Assembly (NCBI GenBank): GCA_918797485.1
Contig: CAKKNE010000006.1
Span: forward strand, 372,001-436,000
Direction of reading: 5' to 3'
DNA length: 64,000 nt
DNA from: Pelagomonas calceolata
Lineage: Eukaryota
This document shows, piece after piece, positions 19,598 to 29,644 of this stretch; positions within the stretch are counted from its first letter, which is position 1, and each line of letters opens with the position of its first letter. The notes below the pieces were generated by a model. It saw only the letters and a program-made list of their open reading frames with translations, ran no database searches and was not told the origin of the DNA. The position numbers were made by a program, and so were the translations under genes.

Positions 19598-22291
19598 TCA
19601 CTCGTCCTTCGGGTTGAAGCCCAGGGGAATGCCCAGCGCTCTGAAGAGAGCAACTTGCGCGTTCCACTTTTTCAAATAACCGCCGCCGCCGTCCGGGTTC
19701 GCCGGAGGATAATTAGCAACCGGATGCACGGCGTGGAAGTCCTCCTTGATGCCCACCGTGCCCCTCAGTTCATCATCATCAATATCGCTCCAGTCCCGCG
19801 CGGTGCCGTCGCCGACGATGACCCGATTGTACTCGTTGTCCCCCGTCCACCTTGCAAAATAAGGCTGGCCGCCGTCGTTCTCCAACGCTTTATTGTACCA
19901 GTTGTAGAACTTATATATTAAATCATCACCTTTTCCTGCCTTATTTATTCTGGGAGCACCTAAGTCGTCGATCATGTGCGCCTGGCCCTGCATCACACTG
20001 TAGTCCTCCAGGCCGATGTGGTAGTTCCAGTTGTTCACTAACACCTCTAAGAACTTCGGGACTCCGGGGAACCCCGTAACAGTCGTGAGAATAGGTCCCT
20101 TCGGCAGGTGCTGCCGCAGCAATACTCGTGTCCGCTTCGGCGCAATCGGGACGATGTGGAACTCCTCGTGGAAGCCACTGACGCCGCCGTGCCTTACAAT
20201 ATTCGGCGCGTCAAATCTCACAAGTTTGTTCGGCTTCAGGGCGCCGCGCAGCTTGCCGACGTGGCCCGGTCCTACGTCGTCAGAAAACGCTTTCATCAAT
20301 AAGTTGTCCGTGTTCGACCGCCTCATCCCCAAAGCGGCGATGGGCGGGATCGACCCATCGTGTAAGTGGAAGAGGTGGACGGAGTCGAGGTTGTTCTCGA
20401 CGATGTACTCGAATCCGACCTTGTAATCTAAGACGGTGTCGACGGGGTACGTCGGCGTCGCGTCGGGCACTTTTTGGGGCAGCTTCGACGCGTCGGCCTC
20501 GAGCAGAGGTCCTCGCCACACATAGACAATCCCGTCGACCTCCTCCGCGGCAAATTGCTTCAACGAACAAGCGTTCTTCTTGAGCGTCCCGTCAGGCTTG
20601 AACTGGTCGACGTCAGCCCGGACCCCGTCCTTCCCGAAGGCCCAGCCGTGGTAGAAGCACCGCAAATTCCCGTCATCCCCAACCCTCCCCATGGACATCG
20701 GCGCGGATCGATGCGGACAGGCATCCGCGACGGCGTTTATTTGACCGGAAGCATCCCTGTAAATAACCATCGGTTCTCCAAACAAACGCGTCGCGTAGGG
20801 CGTGTAGCCGAGTTCGTCGAAGTCGTCGCCCTCCTGCCGTTCCAATTGTTTGGAGAAGGCGACGGCGTACCAGGCGTTCTCGAACGTCGGCTTCTTTTGT
20901 AACGCGGCGGCACCATGGGATAAGATCGGTAGGTACGAGACGGTCGTGTCCTGGCGGTCCACGACGAGCTGGTCGTAGATCTGCGAATCTCTCCTAGCAG
21001 CAAAGGCGTAGTGGACCGCGCCGCCCCATCTTGCGCTGTGTTTGAGCAAGTCGAAGTTCGAATCCTCGAAGAAGGCTCTCGCCTCGTGCGTGAAGGGTGA
21101 CGGGAGTAAGGGCTTGAGGTTGTCCGTCAAGACGACTGCACTATCGGGCGACGTCGTCGACGCGAGCAATAAGTCCTGGAACAGCCTTCGCTTGGGGAGG
21201 TCGTCCACATAAAATAGGACAGCTTCCGAGCAGAACAAAGTAGGTCGCTCCTTCGAGAAGCCGGCCGACGTGAGGATATCTAACGGTGTCGCCTTGTCGG
21301 GGTCGCCGGCGTCGTTCAAATCATAAGGTATATAAGAAGGCTTCTTGTAGCTGTCGGAGCCGTGCTCGGCGACCCACGTGTCCCAGAGGCCCGACTTACC
21401 TTTGCAGACGTGGGGCAGGTCGAGCTCGTAGATGTCGCCGTCGATGTCCCTTATTCTTTCAGCGTAGCGCATGGCCCGCGTGTCGAAGCCCGCACCTAGT
21501 AGGACAATTTGGGGCTTTCCTGCGCCACTGTTCTCGACGGCGGCTAAGAACTTGTCGACGGCGGCGTCGATGAACTTCGTTCGACTCGTGACGAATTCGG
21601 CGAAGCGCGCCGCCGGTTTGAGGGCGTCCCACTTGGCGACGTCTCTCGTCAACTTCGGTAACAGATTGTGGGCGACCTTGTCCTCGAGCTCACCCGCATC
21701 ATCGAGCAAAGCGCGGGCCCACAACACTCTAAGGTTCTTGGACGAGTCCTCGATGCCCGACGCGTCGCCGAAGTGCAGCAAATCGAACAAGGCGCCCGTC
21801 ACGGCGTCCGTCGCGTAGCCCAGAGGTGATTGGCTTGCCTCGCCGTCGTCCTGCACCACAGACGCCTCGTCCGCCTCGAAGTCCTCGAAGACCTGGACCA
21901 TGTCGCGCGCGTCCGTGAGGACCTGCGTGGTTCGGGGCGTCGCGGCGATGGCGTGATCGAGCAGTAGTCTCGCTCGCGTCGATGGCGTGGTCGCGGAGCC
22001 TCCCCGCGCCGCGCGCCGGCGCCGCGGCGGCGGCGCGGGCGCGGGCCCGACGTCTACGGCGGGCGCGCGGGCCGTGCGCTTCGACGAAGGTACGGTATGG
22101 TGGTTTCCGGCGCCGGGACGCGCCGGCGCGGCCCGAAGGCTGCTTCTCTTCGTGACCTGTGCCTCGTCGGCGACGGTGGCAGGGTCTTCCGTTGCTACAT
22201 TCAGGCTGACGGCGCGCGGCCGCGGCGCAGGCCTAGCCGGAGCCCAAGCACGCGCCGCCACAGCGAAGGCCAGCACGCCTGCGGCCCGCAT
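19598..22291 (-). CDS. Plastid-targeted fusion: LCM-family SAM carboxyl-methyltransferase + Rieske [2Fe-2S]/mononuclear-Fe oxygenase (CAO/PAO-like); probable in-frame intron 21923-22156
   Basis: Leader MRAAGVLAFAVAARA-WAP; RTKFID..QIVLLGAGFDTR..YELDLP..SEAVLFY; WYAVAFS..LFGEPMVIYRD..DACPHRSAPMSMG..CFYHGWAF; ENNLDSVHLFHLH. Confidence 0.9.
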   Translation of the reverse strand: MRAAGVLAFAVAARAWAPARPAPRPRAVSLNVATEDPATVADEAQVTKRSSLRAAPARPGAGNHHTVPSSKRTARAPAVDVGPAPAPPPRRRRAARGGSATTPSTRARLLLDHAIAATPRTTQVLTDARDMVQVFEDFEADEASVVQDDGEASQSPLGYATDAVTGALFDLLHFGDASGIEDSSKNLRVLWARALLDDAGELEDKVAHNLLPKLTRDVAKWDALKPAARFAEFVTSRTKFIDAAVDKFLAAVENSGAGKPQIVLLGAGFDTRAMRYAERIRDIDGDIYELDLPHVCKGKSGLWDTWVAEHGSDSYKKPSYIPYDLNDAGDPDKATPLDILTSAGFSKERPTLFCSEAVLFYVDDLPKRRLFQDLLLASTTSPDSAVVLTDNLKPLLPSPFTHEARAFFEDSNFDLLKHSARWGGAVHYAFAARRDSQIYDQLVVDRQDTTVSYLPILSHGAAALQKKPTFENAWYAVAFSKQLERQEGDDFDELGYTPYATRLFGEPMVIYRDASGQINAVADACPHRSAPMSMGRVGDDGNLRCFYHGWAFGKDGVRADVDQFKPDGTLKKNACSLKQFAAEEVDGIVYVWRGPLLEADASKLPQKVPDATPTYPVDTVLDYKVGFEYIVENNLDSVHLFHLHDGSIPPIAALGMRRSNTDNLLMKAFSDDVGPGHVGKLRGALKPNKLVRFDAPNIVRHGGVSGFHEEFHIVPIAPKRTRVLLRQHLPKGPILTTVTGFPGVPKFLEVLVNNWNYHIGLEDYSVMQGQAHMIDDLGAPRINKAGKGDDLIYKFYNWYNKALENDGGQPYFARWTGDNEYNRVIVGDGTARDWSDIDDDELRGTVGIKEDFHAVHPVANYPPANPDGGGGYLKKWNAQVALFRALGIPLGFNPKDE

Positions 22292-22717
22292 CTTCGAGCG
22301 TGGAGCGTTGCAGAGGATCACTGGGAGTCAGTTTACAGCAATGGTCTGCCGCGGGGGTCCGTCTTGGCTGCGCAAACAGGAGATTAGATCGAGGATCACC
22401 TCAAAAGCTGCTATGCGATCCTAAAGTTGCTTTTCGTGAAATGTCCTCGCACGGCTCTCAGCGGCTTCACTACGCGTGGCATAATCGCGCAAGACGCCGC
22501 AAAAAAATGTCGGAAAAGGCAAAAAGTATGGGCGTGGTCCAGATCTTCGGCACCCGTCGCGCCACACGCAAGAGCGGTCCATGCGGCGCCGACGGGGCGT
22601 CTGAACGTCTCCGCCGGAGGCCTTTCTCTGAAGTCTAGCGGCGCTCTCAAAGTTGAGTGGGGCAGCAGCGCCATCTCTTGGGCAAGAGAGGGCTCAATTG
22701 AAGCGGACCTAGCCACA

Positions 22718-24085
22718 ATGGAGGACGAGCAGCCCGCGGCCGCACCGATCGTCGGCGAGGAGCTGCCCGGCGAGGCCGAGCTCCAGCTCGAGGTGGGGCA
22801 GGAGCCCGCGGCTCTGGAGGAGCTGGGGGCAGCGCCGAGCCCGGCCCGGGGCGCCGTCATCATGTCCCGCGGCCTGCGGACGCGCGACGGCGACTCGCTG
22901 CTCGTGCGGTTTGTGAACCACGAGGGGTGGCTGGAAGCGCGGGCCTTGGACTGCTCGGGTGGAAAGGTCGGGCGCGTCGTGCTGTGCGGCATTGCGGACG
23001 ACGACGCCGCGGCGCAGCGGCGCCTCTGCGAGGAGCTCGCGCCTCGATTGATCGTGCGGGACGGGACGTTGGCGCTGGGCGACGCGCCGCGGCCGGCGGA
23101 CGAGGGCAGCGTGGCGGACAGCGTCCAGCTCGCCGAGGCGCCGGCGCCCGCGCCGCTCGTCGAAGCGCCGGCGCCGGCGCTCAACGCCGCCGCGCCGGCG
23201 CCCGCTCCATCAGCGGCCGAGGCGCCCGTGCCGGCGGCCGAGGCGCCGGCGCCCGCGGCGCCCGAGGAGCCTGAGGCACCGGCGGCGCCCGCGGAGCAGC
23301 CGGTCGAGGCGCCCCCGACCCCGCCAAGGCTCTCCGTGCGCTTCAAGGAGACGGTCACGTTCCAGAGCGCCCGCTTCGGCGCCATCGACGCCGTCGACGG
23401 CGCGCACGCCGGCGCGGCCAACGCCTTCGGATTTGAATCAAAAGAATACGACGACGAGGACCCGACATCGCCAGCAGCACTGGTGCGGCGCGCGGCGGCG
23501 GCCGCGACGGTGGCTGATTTAGCTATGATGCGCGCCAGCATCGCACTAACACGTGCAAAGGAGGCTTCCAGCGGCGCGAACCTCGCGCACCACCGCGACA
23601 ACCGGAGCATGTGGACGGGCCTCGTCGCGACGGCGTCGGCCAAGGCGAAGTGGAAGGCTCTTAGTAAACGCAAGAGCCGCGTGACGGCGCTGCCGCCGGC
23701 TCGAAGCTACGACACGACGCCTACCATGAGACGGCGCCAGCGCGACCGGGAAGCGATGAAGAGATGGTGGGCCGCCGACGCGCCGCCCTGGGAGCGCGAC
23801 GTCACGGCGGCGCTCGCGGTGCGGACCGCACCGGCGCCGCTCATGAGGGTGCCGCGGCCCGCGTCGGCCGCCGTCGACATCGGCGCGATCGCGGCCGCCG
23901 CCGTGCCGCGCCTCCGGCCGAAAACGGCGCCGGTGCCGCGCCAGGTCGTTTCGCGACGGCCGGCGCCGCGGAAACCGGCGCCGGCGCCAGATGGCGCCTG
24001 GCCCCTGCCTCACTTACTACGGCCGCGCGTCGCGCGGCACCGCGAGGCGATGGAGTCCATGCGGCGGACGTATCGGTGCCCCTAA
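22718..24085 (+). CDS. Ala/Pro-rich hypothetical protein
   Basis: Long ORF with ACAATGG start and coding-like GC3 bias; no family recognised. Confidence 0.55.
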   Translation: MEDEQPAAAPIVGEELPGEAELQLEVGQEPAALEELGAAPSPARGAVIMSRGLRTRDGDSLLVRFVNHEGWLEARALDCSGGKVGRVVLCGIADDDAAAQRRLCEELAPRLIVRDGTLALGDAPRPADEGSVADSVQLAEAPAPAPLVEAPAPALNAAAPAPAPSAAEAPVPAAEAPAPAAPEEPEAPAAPAEQPVEAPPTPPRLSVRFKETVTFQSARFGAIDAVDGAHAGAANAFGFESKEYDDEDPTSPAALVRRAAAAATVADLAMMRASIALTRAKEASSGANLAHHRDNRSMWTGLVATASAKAKWKALSKRKSRVTALPPARSYDTTPTMRRRQRDREAMKRWWAADAPPWERDVTAALAVRTAPAPLMRVPRPASAAVDIGAIAAAAVPRLRPKTAPVPRQVVSRRPAPRKPAPAPDGAWPLPHLLRPRVARHREAMESMRRTYRCP

Positions 24086-24446
24086 CACTACGGTTTTTAT
24101 TCTACAGTGTGCGACATCTGGCGTTGTTTCTAGATCGCGTCGACGGCGCGGGAGGAGTAGCGTTCGATATCGTTGTATTGTTACGTTGCTAGGACTAGTG
24201 GGGCGGCCCCCCTGGGCGGTGCGCCGTCCTATTTGCGGAGCTAGTGTGTTTAAGTTCACGCTAGGTTCGGCAAAGGGCCACTTTTTGGCTTGGAGCAAGC
24301 CAGGCTCCCCATAGGTCTAGAAAACGCGCAACGAGCAGTCGGAGTGAGTGCTGCTGCTGCGCCCGAGAAGTTGAGACATCATCCAACGGTGAGCGAGCTG
24401 AGCGAGCACCAGTGCTGGAGCCACACTGAGTGCCACCGCAAAAACG

Positions 24447-26459
24447 ATGCCCTACCCGCCCCCACCGCCCGCGGAACCCACGAAAACAACGCCACCAATA
24501 GCCTTCGTGCAACGATTACGCAACCGCGCGGCCTGCCTCTGCTGCGCGCGCTGCGGCGCCTTCGCGGGAAATGACGCGCTGGTCCAGTGCGCCGCACCGT
24601 CGATACCACGAGACGGCGCGTCGCTCGCCGACGCACTGAAAGAATTGAAGATAAAGCACCGTTCTCATGGTGTTGTCTTCTGCGGCTGCGGTGCTGTTTT
24701 TTGTTCAGAAGCATGTCTCGACGACGACGAGGCGCACGCGCTGCACTGCTGCGGGCCGCGCGCCGAGGGAGATCCGGTCGTGGCGTTCCGTGCATCAATC
24801 TGCGGGCTGCCCTACGCCGACGAGGTTTTGCTGGCCGTCGCGGTCGCGTGCGCGGCGGTCAATGACTCAGAAAGCGAGGCGGCCGCGTGGGTCGAGTTCG
24901 CGCTCTCCGCGTTTGACGCGTCTTCGGAAGACATCCCGTGGGCTAAATTGATCGAGGGCGTGCCCGCTTTGGAGTCTTTAGGTGTAGAGGGCCTGAAACG
25001 CGTGTACGGACGAGTGAGAGAAGAGGCCCTCTCAATCACGCGCGAGAGCCCGCTCGTGGCGAGGTGCCGCGCCTGCACGGACGCCAAGGACCAATCAATT
25101 CTTGTAGAATTCGCGCGGCAAGACGACTACGACGAGGACGAGTCGGATGAGCCACCGGAGGACACGTCGCGCGCGGCCTTGGCGGTCGCGGCGGCCTTCG
25201 CCGACGAGACGAGCAGTAGTGATGAGGAAGCAACCGAGGAGTCCTTCGCGAGCGTCGCGGCGGACGCGGAGGCGCGCTTCGAGCCGCTCGAAGTGCTTGT
25301 CTTGAGCGAGGCGCGGCCCCACGCCTGCGCGCCTACTTATACATTGAGTGCTAACTCAAAGTCGGCCCCCCTCACGTTACTGGAGAAGCGCGTCGCGCCG
25401 GGGCCCGCCACTTTATCGAGGGTCGACACGGTTCTGGAACGGGAGGACCGCTTGGAATGGCTCAAGATGAAGGGCCTCGAGTGCGATTGTTCAAGGTGCC
25501 GCTTCGAAAACGGCGAGAGCGTCTCCAGTACTTTGTTACGGGCCGTCGCGGCGTGCGCCGAGCGCGACGGGAGGTTCGAGGACGCTTTACGAGCGCACGG
25601 CGCCGTCCTCGCAGAGGACCCGAGTGATGGCGACGCGTTGTATGGGCGAGCTCGAGTGCACGGCTGGTCGGACAAGTGGGGGATTGAACGACGGTTATTG
25701 GAGGAAGCGATCGCGCTCGCGCCCGACCATCCTGATATAAGGAAAGCGGTAAACACCAGAGACGCGTACCACGCCGGGGCCTGTTCGTCTAGAACCTTTG
25801 GATTTGAGACCATCTCCCGTGGAGGCGTGAGCGTGTGGTCCTCGAATAGCGTCGTCTCTTCAGAAGCGTGCGCGACGGCGATCGAGCTCGCCGAGGCCCA
25901 CGCTTCTGCCACAGATGGCTGGACGACGGCGAGGCACTTCGCGGTCCCGACGACGGACCTACCGGTCCACGCATCTCCCGATCTCCTGAAGTGGTTCAAC
26001 GCTTGTCTGAAAGATGCCATCTTCCCGGCGGTCGCTCAAGTGACCGGGGCTTCTTCGGAAAAGCTAAGGGTCATCGACGCGTTTGTCGTCCGTTACGACG
26101 CGAGCAAACAGAAAGCATTACCGCTCCATAGCGACCAGTCGGAGTATTCCATTACATTACCATTGAACGATCGGTCGCAATACGAGGGCGGCGGCACGTA
26201 TTTTGCTGCCTTAGATGAAGCGGTGAACTGCGACACCGGCGGATTGGTCGTCTTCCCCGGCGCGCTGTACCACGCCGGCGCGCCTACCACCAAAGGTCGA
26301 AGGTACGTCATTGTCGCATTTTTATTTGAGGATAGAGATCAGGATGAACTGGAGAGGCGATTGGACGGCGCGGACCGAAAGCTGGATGGAGGCGCTGGGT
26401 TCGCGGACGATAGCGAGGACGACCTCAGTCGATTGTTAGCGAACATGAACGACCAATAA
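24447..26459 (+). CDS. Degenerate MYND/SET-like region + TPR + 2OG-Fe(II) oxygenase
   Basis: CGCGAVFCSEAC..H; HACAP and CDCSRC remnants; TPR-like helices; FVVRY..LPLHSD..YEGGGTYF..HAGAPTTKGRRY (HxD..H..R). Confidence 0.8.
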   Translation: MPYPPPPPAEPTKTTPPIAFVQRLRNRAACLCCARCGAFAGNDALVQCAAPSIPRDGASLADALKELKIKHRSHGVVFCGCGAVFCSEACLDDDEAHALHCCGPRAEGDPVVAFRASICGLPYADEVLLAVAVACAAVNDSESEAAAWVEFALSAFDASSEDIPWAKLIEGVPALESLGVEGLKRVYGRVREEALSITRESPLVARCRACTDAKDQSILVEFARQDDYDEDESDEPPEDTSRAALAVAAAFADETSSSDEEATEESFASVAADAEARFEPLEVLVLSEARPHACAPTYTLSANSKSAPLTLLEKRVAPGPATLSRVDTVLEREDRLEWLKMKGLECDCSRCRFENGESVSSTLLRAVAACAERDGRFEDALRAHGAVLAEDPSDGDALYGRARVHGWSDKWGIERRLLEEAIALAPDHPDIRKAVNTRDAYHAGACSSRTFGFETISRGGVSVWSSNSVVSSEACATAIELAEAHASATDGWTTARHFAVPTTDLPVHASPDLLKWFNACLKDAIFPAVAQVTGASSEKLRVIDAFVVRYDASKQKALPLHSDQSEYSITLPLNDRSQYEGGGTYFAALDEAVNCDTGGLVVFPGALYHAGAPTTKGRRYVIVAFLFEDRDQDELERRLDGADRKLDGGAGFADDSEDDLSRLLANMNDQ

Positions 26460-26465
26460 TTATTT

Positions 26466-28658
26466 TTAACTTATAGCATCTAGAGCCTTTGATGTTCGCG
26501 CCACGAGCCAGGTCGCCGCGTTGATATCCTTGTTGTAGGAGTTGCGGTTCCAGATTTTTGAGCCTCTCTCCAACTCCGCCGGCGACGCGTCGATGCGCGG
26601 CCAGAGGTACGAGAAGACGAACCGCGCCTTGTCGACGACGGCGACCTCGAATTGCTGTTTAAATGCATCGCCGTCGATGTCGCGTAACGTGGCGAACTCC
26701 GCGAGGTACAGATCGACGAGGGCCCCATCTAACAGCGACCCGTCTTCACTCAACAGTTCGGAGCCGGCCACCGACGCCGTCAGAAAATGTGCGAGGTCGG
26801 TGGCAGCAAGTCCATCGCCCACATACTGAAAATCCAACAGAGCCACGTCGTCTCCTCTGACGAGCACGTTCGCGGCCTTCAGATCGCCGTGAATCAACGT
26901 GCGCCACTCTTCCACATCAGTACAGTCGTCGTGGGCGAAGGGGTGCGCCTCCCGCCCAGCGGCCACGGCCGCGCGCTGGACGCGGCCCCCGATCGATTCA
27001 AGATCGAGGTCCCGCGTCGCCGGCGAGGCCTCGAGCACGCTCCGGAAGTTGTCGAGCAACCGCGGCCACGCGGCCTCGACAGCACTCTCGAACTGCTCGG
27101 CGTTCTGATAGGCGGGTTGCCAGTGGCCGCCGCAGCGCCACTTTTCGTCCGGGCGCGGCCTCCGCGCCGCCTCGGAAAAGTGCGCGTGGAAGCGGGCCAG
27201 CGCCTTCAGCGTCGCGCGCAGGTCGTCTCCCGCGAGCAGGTTGCTCTGCCGGTAGCCGTCGTCGGGCGAGAAATCCCTCAGGAAGAGCAGCGACGCGGCG
27301 TCCAAGGGGTCGTCGGTCGGCGTGTCGACCGTCGCGGACAGCACCGTCGGCACCTGGACGCCAATGGCGGCCAGTCCCTTCGCCGCGTCCGACGAGAGGA
27401 ACGCCGCCTCGACGCGGAAGGATGCGACATCTCTCCGCAACTTCTGCGGCTGCGCCGTCGCCTTCTTCACGGCTGCGGGTAGCTCCCGCATCTTCACGCG
27501 TTTCAGGAACACCGACGTGTCCGCGACGCGCAGGCGGCAACCGGCAGACAAAGCGCCGCGGAAGGCCTCAGCCTCGGGCGCCTGGTAAGTAGACGCTGCC
27601 ACGCCCGCAGCTTCCGCGACCGTTGCGACGGCGAGCGGCGCCCCGGTTAAGTCGCGAGCTATGTCGGCGGCATGGGAAGAACCTCGAATACCGTAGCGCT
27701 CGAGGACCGCCAGGGCGCGGGCGTCGCGCCGCAGCGTCGCGCAGGCGGCGTCGTGGGCCTTGGACGCGCGTGCCGACGACGCGATGACGCCCAGCGTGTT
27801 CCCGACGGCGCCCGTGTAGGACAGCGGGGCGCCGAAGTAGTCCGTGACCCTGCCGCCGGCGGCGAGGATGGCGGCGGAAGGCGCGCAGGTGTCCCAGGCC
27901 GACGTTTTGCAGTGGAGAATTGCCACGTCCGCTTCTCCCTCGGCGACGCTTTTTAGTTTGTTGCCCGCGGCGCCGCGCACCGCGAAGTCCGCGCCCGGGA
28001 AGGCCTCGACGCCTGCCGCCTGGGCCGCGTCGGAGCCGTCGCCCGCGATTACCAGTAGCGTCTCGCTGTCGCGTTTCAGCGCTCGCGGCGCGTCAGAGGG
28101 ACCCACGGACCCGCGAGAAGTAGCGTAAATGACGCGCGGCGGCCCGCCGTCCGCGGGAAACGGCAGGCCGACGGCACCACACACGGGCGCGTCGCCCACG
28201 GCGACGCCGACGAGGCACTGCACGGCGTCGAGGCGCCCCTCGACGAATTCTCTAGTACCATCCAACGGGTCGACGAAAATGCGCGCCTTCGACAAATCCA
28301 CGCTCGTGGTACATTCCCAGTCCAGTAGGGCGTCGTCGAGTGGTTTGTCGAGTTCGTGATCCTCATCGAGCGCGGCCTCGTCCTCCTCGCCGACAATCGT
28401 CAGGCCCGGCCACGCCTTTGAGAGCGCGCCGACGACGGCGGCCTGCGCCGCGAGGTCGGCTGCTGTCAACGCGGATTTCGCGTCGCCTGCTATTTTGAGC
28501 GTCGCGTCGGTGGCGCCGGACTCCTGGACGCGTCGTATGCGGTCGCAGCCCCGCGCCGCCGCATCGATGCAGGTGCTCAGGAGCTTGTGGAGCGGGACGG
28601 TTTGTGGCTGCAGCGATGCGGCCATTGCAACGCAGCAGAGTGCTGCGGCAAGCCGCAT
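26466..28658 (-). CDS. Inositol-monophosphatase/BPNT-family phosphatase fused to choline/ecdysteroid-kinase-like (APH) domain; signal peptide
   Basis: GEE, DPLDGT, WDTCA phosphatase motifs; LIHGDLKAANV and LLDFQYVG kinase motifs. Confidence 0.85.
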   Translation of the reverse strand: MRLAAALCCVAMAASLQPQTVPLHKLLSTCIDAAARGCDRIRRVQESGATDATLKIAGDAKSALTAADLAAQAAVVGALSKAWPGLTIVGEEDEAALDEDHELDKPLDDALLDWECTTSVDLSKARIFVDPLDGTREFVEGRLDAVQCLVGVAVGDAPVCGAVGLPFPADGGPPRVIYATSRGSVGPSDAPRALKRDSETLLVIAGDGSDAAQAAGVEAFPGADFAVRGAAGNKLKSVAEGEADVAILHCKTSAWDTCAPSAAILAAGGRVTDYFGAPLSYTGAVGNTLGVIASSARASKAHDAACATLRRDARALAVLERYGIRGSSHAADIARDLTGAPLAVATVAEAAGVAASTYQAPEAEAFRGALSAGCRLRVADTSVFLKRVKMRELPAAVKKATAQPQKLRRDVASFRVEAAFLSSDAAKGLAAIGVQVPTVLSATVDTPTDDPLDAASLLFLRDFSPDDGYRQSNLLAGDDLRATLKALARFHAHFSEAARRPRPDEKWRCGGHWQPAYQNAEQFESAVEAAWPRLLDNFRSVLEASPATRDLDLESIGGRVQRAAVAAGREAHPFAHDDCTDVEEWRTLIHGDLKAANVLVRGDDVALLDFQYVGDGLAATDLAHFLTASVAGSELLSEDGSLLDGALVDLYLAEFATLRDIDGDAFKQQFEVAVVDKARFVFSYLWPRIDASPAELERGSKIWNRNSYNKDINAATWLVARTSKALDAIS

Positions 28659-29023
28659 CGATGCACGCAACGATTGGTCTTGCTAGGCAACCGCTACGCG
28701 CGACGTATTCACAGTGTGATCTCGCTGCTGCAGGAGAGCGGCAAGTCAATTTGTGATAGTGCTCCGCTGCGCCGTGATCTATCGCACGCGGTGGTTGCAA
28801 GAGACGTAACGCACTGCTTGGAAGCCATAAACGCTGCGCCGCCGTCCCGCGCACAAAGCTAACCACAGCACTGCTGCCTGCACAGTGTGCTGCCAGTCAC
28901 CTCCGCGAACGACGCGTTGTGCGGAAAGAGCTGCTGTGCTGGCGCTCTACGAACCGTGCGGAGCGGTGCGGAGATCAACCGCTGCACGCCATCGACGCGA
29001 AGTTGTGAGACGACCGAGACGGC

Positions 29024-29644
29024 ATGGCGTCCGAGATCAACTACCGCGACGCCGTCCTCGAGCGCGCCGACCTGGCCTTGTTCGCACCACCACATTGGCT
29101 CAACGACCGCGCCATCCACTTCGCGATGAAGCTGCTCGAGGACGATTCGGCGGTGAAGTGGCTCCTCTTGGACCCGGCCGTGTACGCCTTCTTGATGCTC
29201 CAGTGCGAGTTTGAGGATGAAGATGAGGTTTCGGATTTGCGGCGGGGGCTGGTGTTTCCTGGTGATGAGCGGGTGCTTGTTACTGTTGTATCGGATGCAG
29301 CGGGATTGCACGTCGGCGGCGGGTCGCACTGGTCCCTGCTCGTGTATGATGTGGACGCGGATCTTGCAAGGCACTACGACTCCATGGGGCGCTCGGCAAA
29401 TGAACAGCGCGCTAGGCAGTGCGCGGAGAGGCTGCGGGTCTGCTTTGAACGTGAAACGGTGACGTTCGAGGCCATAGACACGCCGCGCCAGACCAATGCT
29501 TATGACTGCGGCGCCTACGCCCTGGCGGTCTGCCGCGCGTTGATGATGAAGGGGGACATTGGGTTCGTGACGCCGGCGACCGTCGAGGCGCTGCGAGAGG
29601 GGTTCGGGGCGCGGGCGCGGGCGATGTTCCGGGAGGCTTCTTGA
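29024..29644 (+). CDS. SENP8: NEDD8-specific protease (Ulp1/C48 family)
   Basis: WLND..I.F, GGSHWSLLV, HYDS, QTNAYDCG catalytic motifs. Confidence 0.88.
   Translation: MASEINYRDAVLERADLALFAPPHWLNDRAIHFAMKLLEDDSAVKWLLLDPAVYAFLMLQCEFEDEDEVSDLRRGLVFPGDERVLVTVVSDAAGLHVGGGSHWSLLVYDVDADLARHYDSMGRSANEQRARQCAERLRVCFERETVTFEAIDTPRQTNAYDCGAYALAVCRALMMKGDIGFVTPATVEALREGFGARARAMFREAS

Noticed and set aside
6733..22291. Biosynthetic gene cluster linking the KR, TauE, luciferase-like and Rieske genes
   Set aside because: Interspersed with unrelated genes; no core synthase or shared regulatory signal seen.
19598..22291. Calling the Rieske fusion a true CAO (chlorophyll b synthase) or PAO
   Set aside because: Motifs place it only at family level; this lineage lacks chlorophyll b and neither enzyme carries a methyltransferase domain.
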